The translations under genes were made by a program, and so were the position numbers. From assembly GCA_963809895.1 (NCBI GenBank), contig CAWELD010000003.1:256001-320000 (forward strand): a stretch of DNA of 64,000 bases, read 5' to 3'. Under the pieces are notes generated by a model that was not told the origin of the DNA, did no database searches, and saw nothing but the letters and a program-made list of their open reading frames with translations. This document shows positions 40,601-53,863 of this stretch, piece by piece. Every line of letters begins with the position of its first letter. Position 1 is the stretch's first letter. The stretch comes from an uncultured Gemmatimonadales bacterium. GTDB lineage: Bacteria > Gemmatimonadota > Gemmatimonadetes > Longimicrobiales > Gaopeijiaceae.

Positions 40601-42253
40601 GCTCGGAGGGCTGGCGGCCGCGGACGGGGGACTCTCGGCCGCGGCCGCCGCACCAGGCAACCTCACCACGTCGGCGAGCCGGGCGCCGATCCGGTCCTCC
40701 AGCCGCTTCGCTCCCCAGGAAGAGGGCAGGCGGTTCCCGACGATGGAGAACACGACCCGCTCACCGCCGGCGGTCTGCACGATTCCACTCAGGGCGGAGA
40801 CCCCCTCGATGGTGCCCGTCTTCGCTCGCAGATTGCGGGCGGCCGCCGTGCGCTGCATCCGGCGCAGGTGGCGGGTGCCCGCTTCCGGAAGGCTCTCCCT
40901 GAGCACGGGCCATTCGGCGGTGGTGGTCATGTAGGACAGCACCGCCACCAGGGCCGCCGGCGTGGCCCGGTTGTCGGCGGCGAGCCCGGACCCGTCGAAC
41001 ATGTGGACGTCTCCCTCGGGAACGCCCACCACGCGGGTGAGGAAACGCTCCACGGCCCGCGCGCCCGCCTCGAACGACCCTTCACCCTCGACGCTGCGAC
41101 CGATGGTCTTGAGGATGAGGTCCGCGAAGAGGTTGTGGCTCTCCTGGTTCACCACCTCGATGTAGTCGCTGAGAGGGCGTGACCGGTGGAGCGCCAGGAC
41201 CCGGGTCCTGGCCGCTCCGTCGCCCCCGGCGGCGAAGACGCGTCGTTCGCCCTCGAGGGAGGCGGTCCCGTCGGTGACCACTCCGGGGCTTCCCAGTACC
41301 ACGATGCCGGCACGCTCCAGCGCCTGCACCATGGCGTGGGCGGTGAACAGCGCCGGATCCTGCACGGTCATCTGGCGCCACACCTCGCGGCTGCCACGGT
41401 TCATCTGCCCTTCCACCACGATCGGTGCCGTCGGGTCGGTGCGAACCAGCGCGAGGCGCTGGGAGGCGCCGCCCGAGACGGTGAGGGCGTCGTTTCGTAC
41501 GGCGACGCCGCCCTGGTCGGGGAGTGAATGGATCGCCGGAGGCACGCCGGCCACCGTGGGCTCCACCCTGAGGCTGACCACGTTCTCGTTGTACGAGAGG
41601 GCGTCGGACGCGGCGGTGAACCATTCGTTGAGATCCCGGGGATCCCACCGATCGCTTCGCTCGGGGCCCTGGAAGAAGGTCCCGTCGCCCAGGACTCGCC
41701 CCTCGACGGTGCGCACGCCGGCGTCTCTCAACTGGAGCGCCAACGAGTCCAGCACGGCGCCCCTGGACGGGTAGAAGCGGTCGGAGATGCCCGGATCGCC
41801 GGTGCCGTAGAGGATCAGGTCGCCTCGGAGGTGCCCCTGCTCGAGCGGGGCGTCGCTCATCAACATCGTCAGCCAACGGTAGTCCGGGCCCAGGTAGTGC
41901 AGGGCCGCGGCGGTGGTGAAGAGCTTCTGGTTCGAGGCGGGCGCCAGTGCCTGGGTCGGCTCGCGGCTGTAGAGCGTGTCGCCCGAGTCCAGGGACACGG
42001 CGAGCACGCCGAAGGTCGCCCGCCGCCAGCGCACCGATCCCAGAACGGCGTCCAGGTCGGTCCGGAGTCCGGCCAGGACGGGGTCGTTCGAACCCTCGCC
42101 CTCACCGCTGCGGTCGACACGGAGTGCACCGCGCATCGCCGCGGTCGGGGTGCGCGTAGCCTCGCTGGATCGGGAGCGGAGCTCACCTGCCCGTCCGGGG
42201 AGGGCGCCGGCCAGCGCCGCCGCCACCACCAGGAGCAGGGCTCGCCTGATCAC
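40589..42253 (-). CDS. dacB: D-alanyl-D-alanine carboxypeptidase/endopeptidase PBP4 (peptidase S13)
   Basis: PASNQK (SxxK), SHN (SxN), DGSGL, AKTGT (KTG). Confidence 0.93.
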   Translation of the reverse strand: MIRRALLLVVAAALAGALPGRAGELRSRSSEATRTPTAAMRGALRVDRSGEGEGSNDPVLAGLRTDLDAVLGSVRWRRATFGVLAVSLDSGDTLYSREPTQALAPASNQKLFTTAAALHYLGPDYRWLTMLMSDAPLEQGHLRGDLILYGTGDPGISDRFYPSRGAVLDSLALQLRDAGVRTVEGRVLGDGTFFQGPERSDRWDPRDLNEWFTAASDALSYNENVVSLRVEPTVAGVPPAIHSLPDQGGVAVRNDALTVSGGASQRLALVRTDPTAPIVVEGQMNRGSREVWRQMTVQDPALFTAHAMVQALERAGIVVLGSPGVVTDGTASLEGERRVFAAGGDGAARTRVLALHRSRPLSDYIEVVNQESHNLFADLILKTIGRSVEGEGSFEAGARAVERFLTRVVGVPEGDVHMFDGSGLAADNRATPAALVAVLSYMTTTAEWPVLRESLPEAGTRHLRRMQRTAAARNLRAKTGTIEGVSALSGIVQTAGGERVVFSIVGNRLPSSWGAKRLEDRIGARLADVVRLPGAAAAAESPPSAAASPPSSGR

Positions 42254-43836
42254 CGCGTCGCTCCGGTGGGGAGCTGGAGATCGGGTCCCTCGGCCAGTCC
42301 CGCCAGCGGGTCCTGGCCGGGGAGAGGCAGGATCACTCCCGGATTGAAGAGACCCTCGGGATCGAGCGTCGCCTTCACCGTGCGGAACGCCTCGACGGTG
42401 TCCGCTCCCCAGATGCGCTCCAGGTAGGGAGCCCGGATGCGTCCGTCACCGTGCTCGCCGGTCAGGGTGCCACCCAGATCGGCCACCAGTCGCACGGCCT
42501 CGTTCAACAGGCTTCGGACGCCGCCTCGCCAATCCGCGGCGGTCAGATCCACGAGCGGGTTCACATGGAGATTCCCGTCTCCGGCGTGACCGAAGATCAC
42601 GCCCTCCGTCTCGTGCCGCGCGAGAATCTCGTCCATACCTTCAAGATAGGCTCCGATACGCGTCGGCGGCACCACGCCGTCTTCGATGAACTGGAGCGAG
42701 CGCAGGCCCCGGGCCGCGGCGCGGGCCACCGTGGGGCTCGCGGCGTGGCGCACCTCCCACAGCGCATCCACCTCGTGGGGATCACGGGCCGCGACCCAGC
42801 CGCCGAGGTCCGCGCCCAACGCCGCCGCCGTACGCACCCCGGCCTCCACCTCGGCCGCGGTCCCCTCGAACTCCACCAGGGCGAGGCCCGCCTCGCCGCC
42901 GAGTTCGCCGGGGATGGCGGCGCCTCCTTCAGCCGCCAGCGCCAGCAGTCGGGCGCCGAAGTACTCGCAGGCCGAGGCGCCCCACGCGCGGGCAGCCCGC
43001 CCCACCTCGGCCAGCGCCTGGGCGTCCGGGATCTCCAGGAGCACGGCGGCCCTCGCCGACGGGATGGGGTGGACTCGCAGTCGTGCGGCGGTGACGATGC
43101 CCAGCGTGCCTTCGGCGCCCACGAGCAGCTGGGCGGCGTCGCCGGTGGGCAGGAAGCGGTCCAGGGCGTACCCGGAGCTGTTCTTGCGCACCGCCGGCCA
43201 GGTTGGGGGGTGCGCGCCCAGCGCGGCCCTCAGGTGGGCATGGAGGCCGGCCCAGGGACCGCCGGCGGCCTCACCCGAGACGAGCCATTCGGCGGTGCCG
43301 TCGGCGCGCACCACCTGCACGGCCTCCACCTGGGCGTGGGTGGCCCCGTACCGGAAGGAGCGCGCGCCCGCGGCGTTGCACGCCACCATGCCGCCGACGG
43401 AGCACCAGCGGGCGCTGGACGGGAGGCCGGTCAGCCGCAGTTCGTGCTCGCGGACGCGCTGGTCCACCGCCGACGCAACCGCCCCGGCGCCCACTTCCAC
43501 GGTCCCGGCGTCCGTGTCCACGTCGCCGATGGCGGAGAGGCCGGTGAGGTCGAGGACGGCCCCGGGGCCCACATTGCCGCCGGGCATGCCCGTGCCCGCG
43601 CCCCGGGGCGTGAGCGGCACGCCACGCTCCCGGCTCCAGGCCACGGCGCGGCACACGTCCTCCACCGAGGAGGGGCAGAGGACGATCCGTGGAGGCAGCC
43701 ACACCGGCCCACGAGAGCCGGACATCTCCCGCAGGCTGGGGAGGTCGCGATGGACGGAACCCCGGAATCCCGGGGGAGGAGGGAGGTGCGGGTCGGGCAC
43801 TACGCCGCGCCGGTCCGGATCAGGCCCGTGCCTCAC
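42250..43836 (-). CDS. FAD-binding oxidoreductase, GlcD/D-lactate dehydrogenase family
   Basis: PRGAGT, GAEGTLGIVT, FGHAGDGNLH, GEHGDG, DPEGLFNPG. Confidence 0.88.
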   Translation of the reverse strand: MRHGPDPDRRGVVPDPHLPPPPGFRGSVHRDLPSLREMSGSRGPVWLPPRIVLCPSSVEDVCRAVAWSRERGVPLTPRGAGTGMPGGNVGPGAVLDLTGLSAIGDVDTDAGTVEVGAGAVASAVDQRVREHELRLTGLPSSARWCSVGGMVACNAAGARSFRYGATHAQVEAVQVVRADGTAEWLVSGEAAGGPWAGLHAHLRAALGAHPPTWPAVRKNSSGYALDRFLPTGDAAQLLVGAEGTLGIVTAARLRVHPIPSARAAVLLEIPDAQALAEVGRAARAWGASACEYFGARLLALAAEGGAAIPGELGGEAGLALVEFEGTAAEVEAGVRTAAALGADLGGWVAARDPHEVDALWEVRHAASPTVARAAARGLRSLQFIEDGVVPPTRIGAYLEGMDEILARHETEGVIFGHAGDGNLHVNPLVDLTAADWRGGVRSLLNEAVRLVADLGGTLTGEHGDGRIRAPYLERIWGADTVEAFRTVKATLDPEGLFNPGVILPLPGQDPLAGLAEGPDLQLPTGATR

Positions 43837-44272
43837 CCGGATCGCACTGCGCGCAGTAGCCGGTGAGCTCGAGGCGGTATCCGGTGACCCGGAACTCGCG
43901 CGCCGACGCTTCGAGGCGCGCCACCTCCGAGTCGTCGACGCGACCGGGTAGATCGAGGACCCGCCCGCAGCCCAGACACCGCAGGTGATGATGATCGTCG
44001 GTCCGGCCGTCGTAGCGCGCCGATCCGTCGCCGTAGCTGAGCTTCACCGCCAGGCCGCAGCCGACCAGCGTTTCGAGGCTCTTGTAGACCGTGGCCAGCG
44101 AGATGCCGGGAACGTCCTGTCGGACCTCGAGGAAGACCTCGTCGGCGGTCGGGTGCGACTCCGTGCCGCGCAGAAACCGGAAGACGGCGGCTCGTTGCTC
44201 GGTGAACCGCTGTCCGTTCTCCTCCAGAGCGCGGCGGAGGATGGTCTCGCTCATGTCGGATGACGGCATCAT
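43820..44272 (-). CDS. Fur family transcriptional regulator (PerR/Fur-like)
   Basis: RFTEQRAAV, HPTADEV, SLATVYKSL, HHHLRCLGCG, GYCAQC. Confidence 0.93.
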   Translation of the reverse strand: MMPSSDMSETILRRALEENGQRFTEQRAAVFRFLRGTESHPTADEVFLEVRQDVPGISLATVYKSLETLVGCGLAVKLSYGDGSARYDGRTDDHHHLRCLGCGRVLDLPGRVDDSEVARLEASAREFRVTGYRLELTGYCAQCDPGEARA

Positions 44273-44382
44273 GATCCGAGGTGTTCTGACGTTCTCTCGA
44301 AGCTCGACGGGGAATGAAACCCCGCAGAGGATGCCGGGTTTCGCACAGGCGCGTCAACCGCACCACCCACCGGGAGAAGGCA

Positions 44383-44928
44383 GTGTCGAAGCAGGGTCCG
44401 ATTCTCACGCTCGAGCCCCTCGTGGAGGGAGTCCGGGACGGCCTGGAGACCGCGGGGTGGGCCCTGTCCGGTCTCCAGAAGACCACCAGCCACGAGTTCG
44501 AGGGGCGCTGGGCCGGCGAATCCACGCGCAGCGCCTATCTCTTCTTCCACAGGGACGAGAACGAAGAAGCATCCATCGACGTCTATCTGGACGAAACCTC
44601 CCGTGGCCTGCAGGGCAATCTGGCGCTGGTGGTGGAGCTGGAGGAGGTCGAGGGGCTTCCCGGGACCCCGTCGCTGGTGGGCTCGCTGGCCGAGCTCGCC
44701 GCGGCGCACCTGCCCGAGGGCTACCGGACCCCGATCTCGCTGCGCTACCGTCTCGCCGACAGCGACACGTCCGTCACGCGGCTCCAGGTGGAGGCGCGCA
44801 TCAAGCTCCGCATCCCGGGAGCGGCCGTGGAAGCCGGCGCCAACGCGGTCTCGGCGCTGTCGGCCGCCACCGCCCGCAGCTTCGAGGCGGTGCTGGCCGA
44901 CGCGCGCATGCGGGCCCTCCTGGGATAA
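44383..44928 (+). CDS. Hypothetical protein
   Basis: GTG after GGAGAAGG RBS; strong GC3 bias; no recognisable motif. Confidence 0.7.
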   Translation: MSKQGPILTLEPLVEGVRDGLETAGWALSGLQKTTSHEFEGRWAGESTRSAYLFFHRDENEEASIDVYLDETSRGLQGNLALVVELEEVEGLPGTPSLVGSLAELAAAHLPEGYRTPISLRYRLADSDTSVTRLQVEARIKLRIPGAAVEAGANAVSALSAATARSFEAVLADARMRALLG

Positions 44929-44930
44929 CG

Positions 44931-46931
44931 TCACGAGTCCCCCGTCGGTTTCGGGCCGCCCGTGAGCAGGCGCAGGCCGTTCAGCACCACCACCAGCGTG
45001 CTCCCCTCGTGGCCGATCACGCCGGTGGTGAGGCTCACCTTGCCGAGGAGCGCCAGCGTCACCAGGGTCAGCAGCACACCCGAGGCGAACACCAGGTTCT
45101 GGCGGATGACGCCGCGGGTTCTGCGGGCGAGCTCACGGGCGTACACCAGGCCGTCCAGGCGCTCGCCCATGAGCACGAGGTCGGCGGTCTCCAGAGCCAC
45201 GTCCGTGCCCGCCGCTCCCAGCGCCACTCCGACGTCCGCCGCGGCCAGCGCCGGGGCGTCGTTGACCCCGTCGCCCACCATGGCGACCGCTCCGTAGCGG
45301 CGTCGCACCCGCTCCAGCGCCGTAACCTTGTCCTCGGGCAGCAGCTCCGCCTCCACCTCCTGAATGCCCACCTCGGCGGCGATGTGCCGCGCCGTGGCGG
45401 AATCGTCTCCCGTGAGGAGCACCACGTGGCCCACGCCCAGCTCCCGGAGCTGGGCCACCGCCTCGGCGGCGCCGGAGCGCGGGCGGTCCGCAATGGCGAC
45501 GCCCCCGGCGGGGCGGCCGTCCACCGCCACCGCCACCGGGGTGGCGCCGGCGGCGGCCCGCGTCTCCAGCCAGCGGGTGAGCTCGTCGGGGACGGGCGAC
45601 TGGAGCGAGGTCTCGATCCAACCGGATCGACCCACCCGCACCTCGTGGCCGTCCACCCGGGCAGACGCTCCGTGACCCGGCACGGCCTGGAAATCCGTGG
45701 GCTCCGGGACGGCGAGGCCGGCTTCCTTGGCGGCCGCCAGGATGGCGGCGCCCAGGTGGTGCTCGCTCCTGGCTTCCACGCCCGCGGCCAGGGAAAGGAG
45801 CAGCGGAGCCCCCGACACCCCCGGCGCGCCGTCCTCCGGCAACAGCGAGAAGATCTCGGTCACCTCGGGCCGTCCCCGGGTCACGGTCCCGGTCTTGTCC
45901 AGGGCGACGGCGTCCACGTCGGCGAAGGCGTCCAGCGCGCCTCCCCCCTTGAAGAGGATCCCGTGGCGGGCCCCGTTGGAGACCGCCGACACGATGGTGG
46001 CGGGGATGGAGATCACCAGGGCGCAGGGCGATGCCACCACCAGGAGCGTCATGGCCCGGTAGAAGGCGTCGTGCCAATCCCATCCCAGCGCCACCACGGG
46101 TAGCACCATGGCCACGACGGACCCCAGGATCACGAGCGCCGCGTATCGGCCCTCGGTCTTTTCCAGCCAGCTCTGGGTCGGTGCCTGACGCTCCCGGGCC
46201 TCCTCGACCATCCGGATCACGCGGGCCAGGGTCGTCTCGCCGGATCGGCGCAGCACCTCCACGTCGAGGCTGCCACCGGCATTGAGCGTTCCGGCGAAGA
46301 CGGGACTTCCCACCTCCTTGGTCACCGGGTTGGGCTCGCCGGTGAGGGTGCTCTCGTCCACGGCGGAGCGGCCCGAGGTGACCCGGCCGTCCACGGGAAT
46401 GCGCTCTCCCGGGCGGATGCGCACCCTGTCTCCCGGCTGCAGACCGTCCACCGCCGCCTCCTGCTCGCTCCCGTCGTCGTCGAGGCGACTGGCCGTGTCG
46501 GGCCGGAGCGCCACCAGGGCGCGAATGGAGTGGCGCGTCCGGTGAAAGGCGTAGGTCTCCAGCGTGTTGCCGAGCGAGAACAGGAAGAGGAGGATGGCTC
46601 CCTCGGGCCAATGATCGACGGCGGCCGCGCCACCCGCCGCCAGCAGCATGAGGAGGTCGACGTGGATCTCGAGAGACCGGAGCGCCGCCACCGCCCTGCG
46701 CGTCGCATCCCATCCTCCGGCCACATAGGAGACCGAGAAGAGGCTCACCCCGAGCCACCCTGGCGCATCCGCGATCATCGCCGCGGCGCCGGCCAGCCCG
46801 AAGAGGGCGCACGCCACCGTGGCCAGCGCTTCTCGCCGCCACGGGGGCGGACCCGCCTCGGTGTCCACAGGCGGCGCAGGGCCGGTGGCGGCGGAGGGGT
46901 GGGGCGTCGGGGTCAGGGTGGTGGTTGCCAT
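44931..46931 (-). CDS. Heavy-metal P-type ATPase, P1B-4 subgroup
   Basis: TGE, SPC motif (VASPCAL), [20 protein letters not shown] in the last TM; no N-terminal HMA domain. Confidence 0.93.
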   Translation of the reverse strand: MATTTLTPTPHPSAATGPAPPVDTEAGPPPWRREALATVACALFGLAGAAAMIADAPGWLGVSLFSVSYVAGGWDATRRAVAALRSLEIHVDLLMLLAAGGAAAVDHWPEGAILLFLFSLGNTLETYAFHRTRHSIRALVALRPDTASRLDDDGSEQEAAVDGLQPGDRVRIRPGERIPVDGRVTSGRSAVDESTLTGEPNPVTKEVGSPVFAGTLNAGGSLDVEVLRRSGETTLARVIRMVEEARERQAPTQSWLEKTEGRYAALVILGSVVAMVLPVVALGWDWHDAFYRAMTLLVVASPCALVISIPATIVSAVSNGARHGILFKGGGALDAFADVDAVALDKTGTVTRGRPEVTEIFSLLPEDGAPGVSGAPLLLSLAAGVEARSEHHLGAAILAAAKEAGLAVPEPTDFQAVPGHGASARVDGHEVRVGRSGWIETSLQSPVPDELTRWLETRAAAGATPVAVAVDGRPAGGVAIADRPRSGAAEAVAQLRELGVGHVVLLTGDDSATARHIAAEVGIQEVEAELLPEDKVTALERVRRRYGAVAMVGDGVNDAPALAAADVGVALGAAGTDVALETADLVLMGERLDGLVYARELARRTRGVIRQNLVFASGVLLTLVTLALLGKVSLTTGVIGHEGSTLVVVLNGLRLLTGGPKPTGDS

Positions 46932-46938
46932 GGCAGGG

Positions 46939-46965
46939 ATCTTAACAAGAATTGTTCTTGATAAG
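46939..46965 (-). promoter_or_regulatory. AT-rich palindromic operator (Fur-family-like) overlapping a -10 element
   Basis: cttaacaagaa-ttg-ttcttgataag (46941-46965; arms 10/11 complementary); minus strand TGT-TAAGAT 7 nt before the ATPase ATG. Confidence 0.7.
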
Positions 46966-47107
46966 AAGTCCGATCAGGGGTTCGGGCTGTGCTTGCCGGT
47001 GAGGCCCCGAGGCGCCTAATGTGGCCGGGCACGGCCTCGGGGCACACGACGGGTCCCCGGGCCACATCGTTCTTCCCCCCCACGGCATGGCACCACGGAG
47101 GCCTCGC

Positions 47108-49072
47108 ATGAGCGACGATACCGGCGCCCTCGACTCGCTTCTCCAGGAAGGCCGGCGGTTTCCGCCTCCGGACGCCTTCCGGTCCGAGGCGCACGTGTCC
47201 GATCCCTCCATCTACGCCGAGGCCGAGGAGGATCCAGAGGGCTACTGGGCGCGCTGGGCGGAGGAGCTGGACTGGTACGAGCCGTGGCACACGGTCCTGG
47301 AGTGGACGCCGCCCCATGCCAAGTGGTTCGTGGGCGGGAAGCTGAACGTCTGCCACAACTGCCTGGACCGTCACCTGACCGGACACCGCCGCAACAAGGC
47401 GGCGCTCATCTGGGAAGGGGAGCCCGGCGACGTCCGCGTCATGACCTATTACGGGCTGCACCGGAGAGTGACGAAGTTCGCAAAGGTCCTCCGGCAGTTG
47501 GGTGTGGAGAAGGGCGACCGCGTCGCGATCTACCTGCCCATGATCCCCGAGGCCGCCATCGCCATGCTGGCCTGCGCGCGCATCGGGGCGGTGCACTCCG
47601 TGGTGTTCGGAGGGTTCAGCCCGGATGCGCTGGCCGGACGCATCAACGACGCCGGGGCCCGGGTGCTCATCACCGCCGACGGAGGGCATCGGCGCGGGAC
47701 CATCATCCCCCTGAAGAATAACGCGGATCAGGCACTGGAGAACACACCGGGCATCGAGCACGTGGTCGTGGTGGCCCGTGGCACCGGCATCGCCCGCGAG
47801 CTGGATATGCGCATGAAGCCGGGCCGGGACCTCTGGTACCACGAGCTCATGCGCGACGTGGAGGGCGGCGTGCCCTGTGAGCCCATGGACTCGGAAGACA
47901 TCCTGTACACGCTCTACACGTCCGGGACCACCGGCAAGCCGAAAGGGGTGGTCCACACCACCGGCGGCTATCTCACCCAGGTCTACGCCACCACCAAGTG
48001 GGTCTTCGACCTCAAGGAGGAGGATCGCTACTGGTGCACCGCCGACGTGGGATGGGTGACGGGCCACAGCTACATCGTCTACGGTCCGCTGGCCAACGGT
48101 GCCACCGTGTTCATGTACGAAGGGGCCCCGGACTGGCCCGATCGCGGCCGCTTCTGGCACCTGTGCGAGAAGTACGGGATCTCGATCTTCTACACGGCGC
48201 CCACCGCCATCCGCGCCTTCATGCGCTGGGGGGAGTCCTGGCCGGAGAAGTACGATCTGTCGCAACTCCGCCTGCTGGGGACCGTGGGTGAGCCCATCAA
48301 TCCCGAGGCCTGGATGTGGTACCACCGGGTGATCGGCAAGGAGCGCTGTCCCATCGTGGACACGTGGTGGCAGACCGAGACCGGCGCCATCATGATCACG
48401 CCGCTCCCCGGGGTCACGGACACCAAGCCGGGCACGGCGACCCGGCCGTTCCCGGGCATCCAGGCCGCCGTTCGCGACGACGACGGCGACGACGTGAGGG
48501 CCGGCTACCTGGCCATCACCCGCCCGTGGCCGTCCATGTTGCGCACGATCTGGGAGGACGACGAGCGCTTCCAGAAGCAGTACTGGTCCAAGTGGGACGA
48601 CGTCTACTTTCCGGGAGACGGCGCCCACGAGGACGAGGATGGATACATCTGGATCCTGGGCCGCGTCGACGACGTGCTCAACGTGGCCGGTCACCGCATC
48701 GGCACCATGGAGGTGGAGAGCGCGCTGGTGGACGATTCCCGCGTGGCCGAAGCCGCCGTGGTGGGGAAGGCCCACGAGCTCAAGGGTCAGTCCATCGCGG
48801 CCTTCGTGACTCTCAAAGACGGGATCGACGCCAGCGATATGCTCGCGGACGAGCTCAAGGAGCACGTGGTGGAGAAGATCGGCGCCATCGCACGTCCCGA
48901 GGCGATCCTCTTCACCGCCGACCTGCCCAAGACCCGTTCGGGCAAGATCATGCGGCGCCTGCTCAAGGACATCGCCGAGGGGCGCGCGGTGGGTGACACC
49001 ACGACGCTCGCGGATCCCGAGGTGGTGCGCCGGCTCAAGCAGCGGTACGAGGAGGAGGGCGCCGAGGAGTGA
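47108..49072 (+). CDS. acs: Acetyl-CoA synthetase
   Basis: [44 protein letters not shown]. Confidence 0.97.
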   Translation: MSDDTGALDSLLQEGRRFPPPDAFRSEAHVSDPSIYAEAEEDPEGYWARWAEELDWYEPWHTVLEWTPPHAKWFVGGKLNVCHNCLDRHLTGHRRNKAALIWEGEPGDVRVMTYYGLHRRVTKFAKVLRQLGVEKGDRVAIYLPMIPEAAIAMLACARIGAVHSVVFGGFSPDALAGRINDAGARVLITADGGHRRGTIIPLKNNADQALENTPGIEHVVVVARGTGIARELDMRMKPGRDLWYHELMRDVEGGVPCEPMDSEDILYTLYTSGTTGKPKGVVHTTGGYLTQVYATTKWVFDLKEEDRYWCTADVGWVTGHSYIVYGPLANGATVFMYEGAPDWPDRGRFWHLCEKYGISIFYTAPTAIRAFMRWGESWPEKYDLSQLRLLGTVGEPINPEAWMWYHRVIGKERCPIVDTWWQTETGAIMITPLPGVTDTKPGTATRPFPGIQAAVRDDDGDDVRAGYLAITRPWPSMLRTIWEDDERFQKQYWSKWDDVYFPGDGAHEDEDGYIWILGRVDDVLNVAGHRIGTMEVESALVDDSRVAEAAVVGKAHELKGQSIAAFVTLKDGIDASDMLADELKEHVVEKIGAIARPEAILFTADLPKTRSGKIMRRLLKDIAEGRAVGDTTTLADPEVVRRLKQRYEEEGAEE

Positions 49073-49626
49073 AGACGCTACGGGCGGGGTGGGGGGCGGT
49101 GGTGGTCGTCGGCGCGTTGGCCTGCGGAGGGTCGATGGCCACGTCGGCCGGCAGTGGCGACCGCGTGGTGCGGGTGCGAAGCACCGGGGCCGACGAGCTG
49201 GTGAGCGAGGTGCGCACGGTCGATGCGGGCTCGCAGCAGGACCTGGCCGCTCCGCTGGCGAACGTACAGGCGGCGTTGTCGGCGGTGCACGACTCCCTGG
49301 GGTTGCCCACGAGCTGGCTCGACCCCGGGCGCACGGCCATGGGGTCCCGTTCCTTCAGCGTGCGCCGACTCGCCGGCGCCCCGCTGTCGCGCTGGCTGGA
49401 GTGCGGGCGCACGCCCACCGGCCGCGATCGGGCCGACGCCTACGACGTGACGCTCTCCGTGGTCACCTCGCTGGCGGTGCGGGACTCGGCGTCCACGACG
49501 GTCACGACCCGCCTGAGCGGCCGGGCGACGCCGCGCTCGGTGAGCGGCGGCGACGTGGCGTGCGGCAGCACCGGACGTCTGGAGCTGCGCATCCTGGAGG
49601 CGTTGGCCGCCCGGGTCCCGGGCTGA
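49069..49626 (+). CDS. Hypothetical lipoprotein
   Basis: Lipobox ALAC; GTGA overlap with acs; two further cysteines ([12 protein letters not shown]). Confidence 0.7.
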   Translation: MKTLRAGWGAVVVVGALACGGSMATSAGSGDRVVRVRSTGADELVSEVRTVDAGSQQDLAAPLANVQAALSAVHDSLGLPTSWLDPGRTAMGSRSFSVRRLAGAPLSRWLECGRTPTGRDRADAYDVTLSVVTSLAVRDSASTTVTTRLSGRATPRSVSGGDVACGSTGRLELRILEALAARVPG

Positions 49627-49645
49627 GGTCTCCGGAGCGCTCCCG

Positions 49646-50509
49646 TCAGGCGCTGTCGGGTCCGGCGTCGTCCTCGCCGGTGCGTGCGGCGTCGGCCAGC
49701 GGGTCCGGCGTCGGGGGCCGCCGATTCGCGCGCTCCTCGGCGGGCTTCTCCTTCACCGCCCGCGCGGGAATCCCCACGTAGACCCAGTGGGGGTCCGTGT
49801 CCCGGGTCAGGATCGAGCCCGCGCCCACCATGGAGTCCCTGCCGACGCGGGTCCCCGCGAGAATGGTGGCGTGGTAGGTGATGCGGACCCCCTCTTCGAT
49901 CACGGTCTTCGGCGTGAAGACCTCACGGCCTTCCACGATGTCGTGGGTGTGCGAATAGACGTTGGCGAAGTCCGAGATGGACGCCCCGTCGCCGATCTCG
50001 ATCCCACCACGGTCGTCGAGAAGCACGTGGCGGTGGACCACGACGCCGTCCCCCACCTCCAGGTTGTATCCGAAGGAGAACTTGACGAAGTGGAAGGCCT
50101 TGAAGTCCCGCCCGCAGCGCTTGAAGATCCTGCGGGCCAGGATGCGCCGGAACAGGACGCCCAGATGCACGTTCTCGCCCAGGGGACTCTTGTCGAACAT
50201 CTCCCAGAGCCATTGCAGCGGCTTCACCCGGGCGTACCGTTCGGGATCGATGTCCCGATAGTATTCGGGCTCGAGGGTGATATTGCGGGGATCCATCTGG
50301 TCCAGCGCGATGCGGGTGGCCGGCGGCAGGGTGTCGGGGTCCACGCCGAGGTACCGGGGGTAGTAGAGCTCCGTGAGGATCCGGCGGCAGAGCTCGTTGC
50401 GGTCGGTGGCCGGATCGTCCAGCGCGCGATCCACCGAGTCGAGCCAGGCGTCGTAGCGTGACGCGACGGCGTCCGGCAGCGGAACGGGGCGCAGTGGAAG
50501 GAAAGCCAT
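49646..50509 (-). CDS. Hexapeptide-repeat O-acyltransferase
   Basis: Left-handed beta-helix repeats (LEVGDGVVV, IEIGDGASI, IEEGVRI, VGAGSIL, GIPAR). Confidence 0.85.
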   Translation of the reverse strand: MAFLPLRPVPLPDAVASRYDAWLDSVDRALDDPATDRNELCRRILTELYYPRYLGVDPDTLPPATRIALDQMDPRNITLEPEYYRDIDPERYARVKPLQWLWEMFDKSPLGENVHLGVLFRRILARRIFKRCGRDFKAFHFVKFSFGYNLEVGDGVVVHRHVLLDDRGGIEIGDGASISDFANVYSHTHDIVEGREVFTPKTVIEEGVRITYHATILAGTRVGRDSMVGAGSILTRDTDPHWVYVGIPARAVKEKPAEERANRRPPTPDPLADAARTGEDDAGPDSA

Positions 50510-50660
50510 GGGACTCGGCGCTGAGCGGGATGCGGCGGACGGACTCTGAAGCTTACGGTGCGCGCCGGACATCGTCGAGCCCGGCTCCGGCGGAAGCACC
50601 GCAGCCCTGGAACCCGTACGGTGTTAGACTGGTTCCCACCACCTCCAACCCGACATTGCG

Positions 50661-51046
50661 ATGCACGACGTTCTGAGACAGCGGCTCCTGCGGCGGATCG
50701 AGAGCCTTCCCGAAGAGCAGGTCTACCAGGTCCTGGACTTCATCGAGTTCCTGGAATCCAAGTACGCCCGCGAGCTCAAGGCGGAGGCCTCGGGGCTCCA
50801 GAAGTTCGCCGAGGGCATCGAGGACCGCCTGCGCAAGCGGGCGGTGAGCCCCACCACGCTGCGCGAGGCCTTCCAGCTCATCGCGGCGGCCGACCGCGTG
50901 CTGTCGGGGGTGTCGAACGCGGGCAAGCAGCTCCTCAGCGACCTGGGATCCCTGGCCGAGCCCCAGGAGGAGCGCAACGGGCCTCGCGGAACGACCCCCA
51001 CCGCGCCACCGGATCCCCAGCCCGGCGAGGGCGGGTCCGACGCCAC

Positions 51047-51050
<4 letters not shown>
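50661..51050 (+). CDS. Hypothetical protein (DUF2281-like N-terminus)
   Basis: IESLPEEQVYQVLDFIEFLESKY motif; coding-like codon usage. Confidence 0.7.
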
Positions 51051-52700
<1,650 letters not shown>

Positions 52701-52747
52701 TCCCGATCCTCTCCTCCGCGGGCCTCCGGCCCACATCCCCCAACGCC

Positions 52748-53863
52748 ATGCACGCCCAGGAGCTTCAGCCCCGTCTTCTGCTCGGACCCGGGCCCTCGCC
52801 CGTGTCCGATCGCATTCTCCGGGCCATGGCCCGGCCGACCCTGGGGCATCTGGATCCGCAGTTCCTGCGTCTCATGGATGACGTCAACGATGGCCTGCGT
52901 CGGGTGTTCGGGACCTCCAATCGCATGACGTTCCCGGTGTCCGGGACCGGATCTGCGGGCATGGAGGCCGCGCTGGTGAACCTCCTGGAGCCGGGCGACA
53001 CGGCCATCGTGGGGATCAACGGGGTCTTCGGGCAGCGGCTCGCCGAGATGGCGCGGCGCATGGGTGCGAAGGTCGTGACCGTGGAGGCGGAGTGGGGCAG
53101 GGTCCTGGACACCGAGGCCATGGTGGAGGCACTGCGGGCGCATCCCGGCGCCCGCCTGGTGGCGCTGGTGCTCGCCGAGACCTCGACGGGCGTGTGGCAG
53201 CCCCTCGAGGAGATCGCCGGGGCGGTCACCGCCACGCCGACGCTCCTGGTGGTGGATGCGGTGACGGCTCTGGGCGGGATTCCGGTGGAGGTGGACCACG
53301 TGGGGATCGACGTCTGCTACGCCGGCACGCAGAAGTGTCTCGGAGTTCCGCCGGGCCTGGCGCCCATCACCTTCGGTCCGCGGGCCATGGAGCGCATCCG
53401 GAGCCGCACCACGCCCTGCCAGAGCTGGTACCTGGACGTGTCCCTCCTGGCGGGATACCTGGGCTCGGAGCGCAAGTACCACCACACGGCGCCCATCAAC
53501 ATGGTGTACGCCCTGCACGAGGGGCTCAGCGAGCTGGAAGAGGAGGGATTGCGCTCGCGCTACGCCCGCCATGCGGCGGTGGGAGAGCGCCTGCAGGAGG
53601 CGCTGCTGGAACGAGGCTTCAGTCTCTTCGCGCAGGAGGGGCACCGTCTTCCCCAACTCACGGCGGCACTGCTGCCGGAAGGGCTGGAGGAGGGCCCCCT
53701 GCGTCGGCGCATCCTGGACGAGCACGGCATCGAGATCGGCGGGGGACTGGGCCCCGCCAAGGGCAAGCTGTGGCGCGTGGGACTCATGGGCGCCGGCGCT
53801 CGAGACGCCAGCGTGGAGCGACTGCTGGCGGCCGTGGACGCCGTCATGGACGACGCCGCGTGA
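52748..53863 (+). CDS. Alanine--glyoxylate / serine--pyruvate aminotransferase (class V)
   Basis: LLGPGPS, SGTGSAGMEA, ETSTGV, DAVTALGG, GTQKCLGVPPG, YHHTAP. Confidence 0.92.
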   Translation: MHAQELQPRLLLGPGPSPVSDRILRAMARPTLGHLDPQFLRLMDDVNDGLRRVFGTSNRMTFPVSGTGSAGMEAALVNLLEPGDTAIVGINGVFGQRLAEMARRMGAKVVTVEAEWGRVLDTEAMVEALRAHPGARLVALVLAETSTGVWQPLEEIAGAVTATPTLLVVDAVTALGGIPVEVDHVGIDVCYAGTQKCLGVPPGLAPITFGPRAMERIRSRTTPCQSWYLDVSLLAGYLGSERKYHHTAPINMVYALHEGLSELEEEGLRSRYARHAAVGERLQEALLERGFSLFAQEGHRLPQLTAALLPEGLEEGPLRRRILDEHGIEIGGGLGPAKGKLWRVGLMGAGARDASVERLLAAVDAVMDDAA

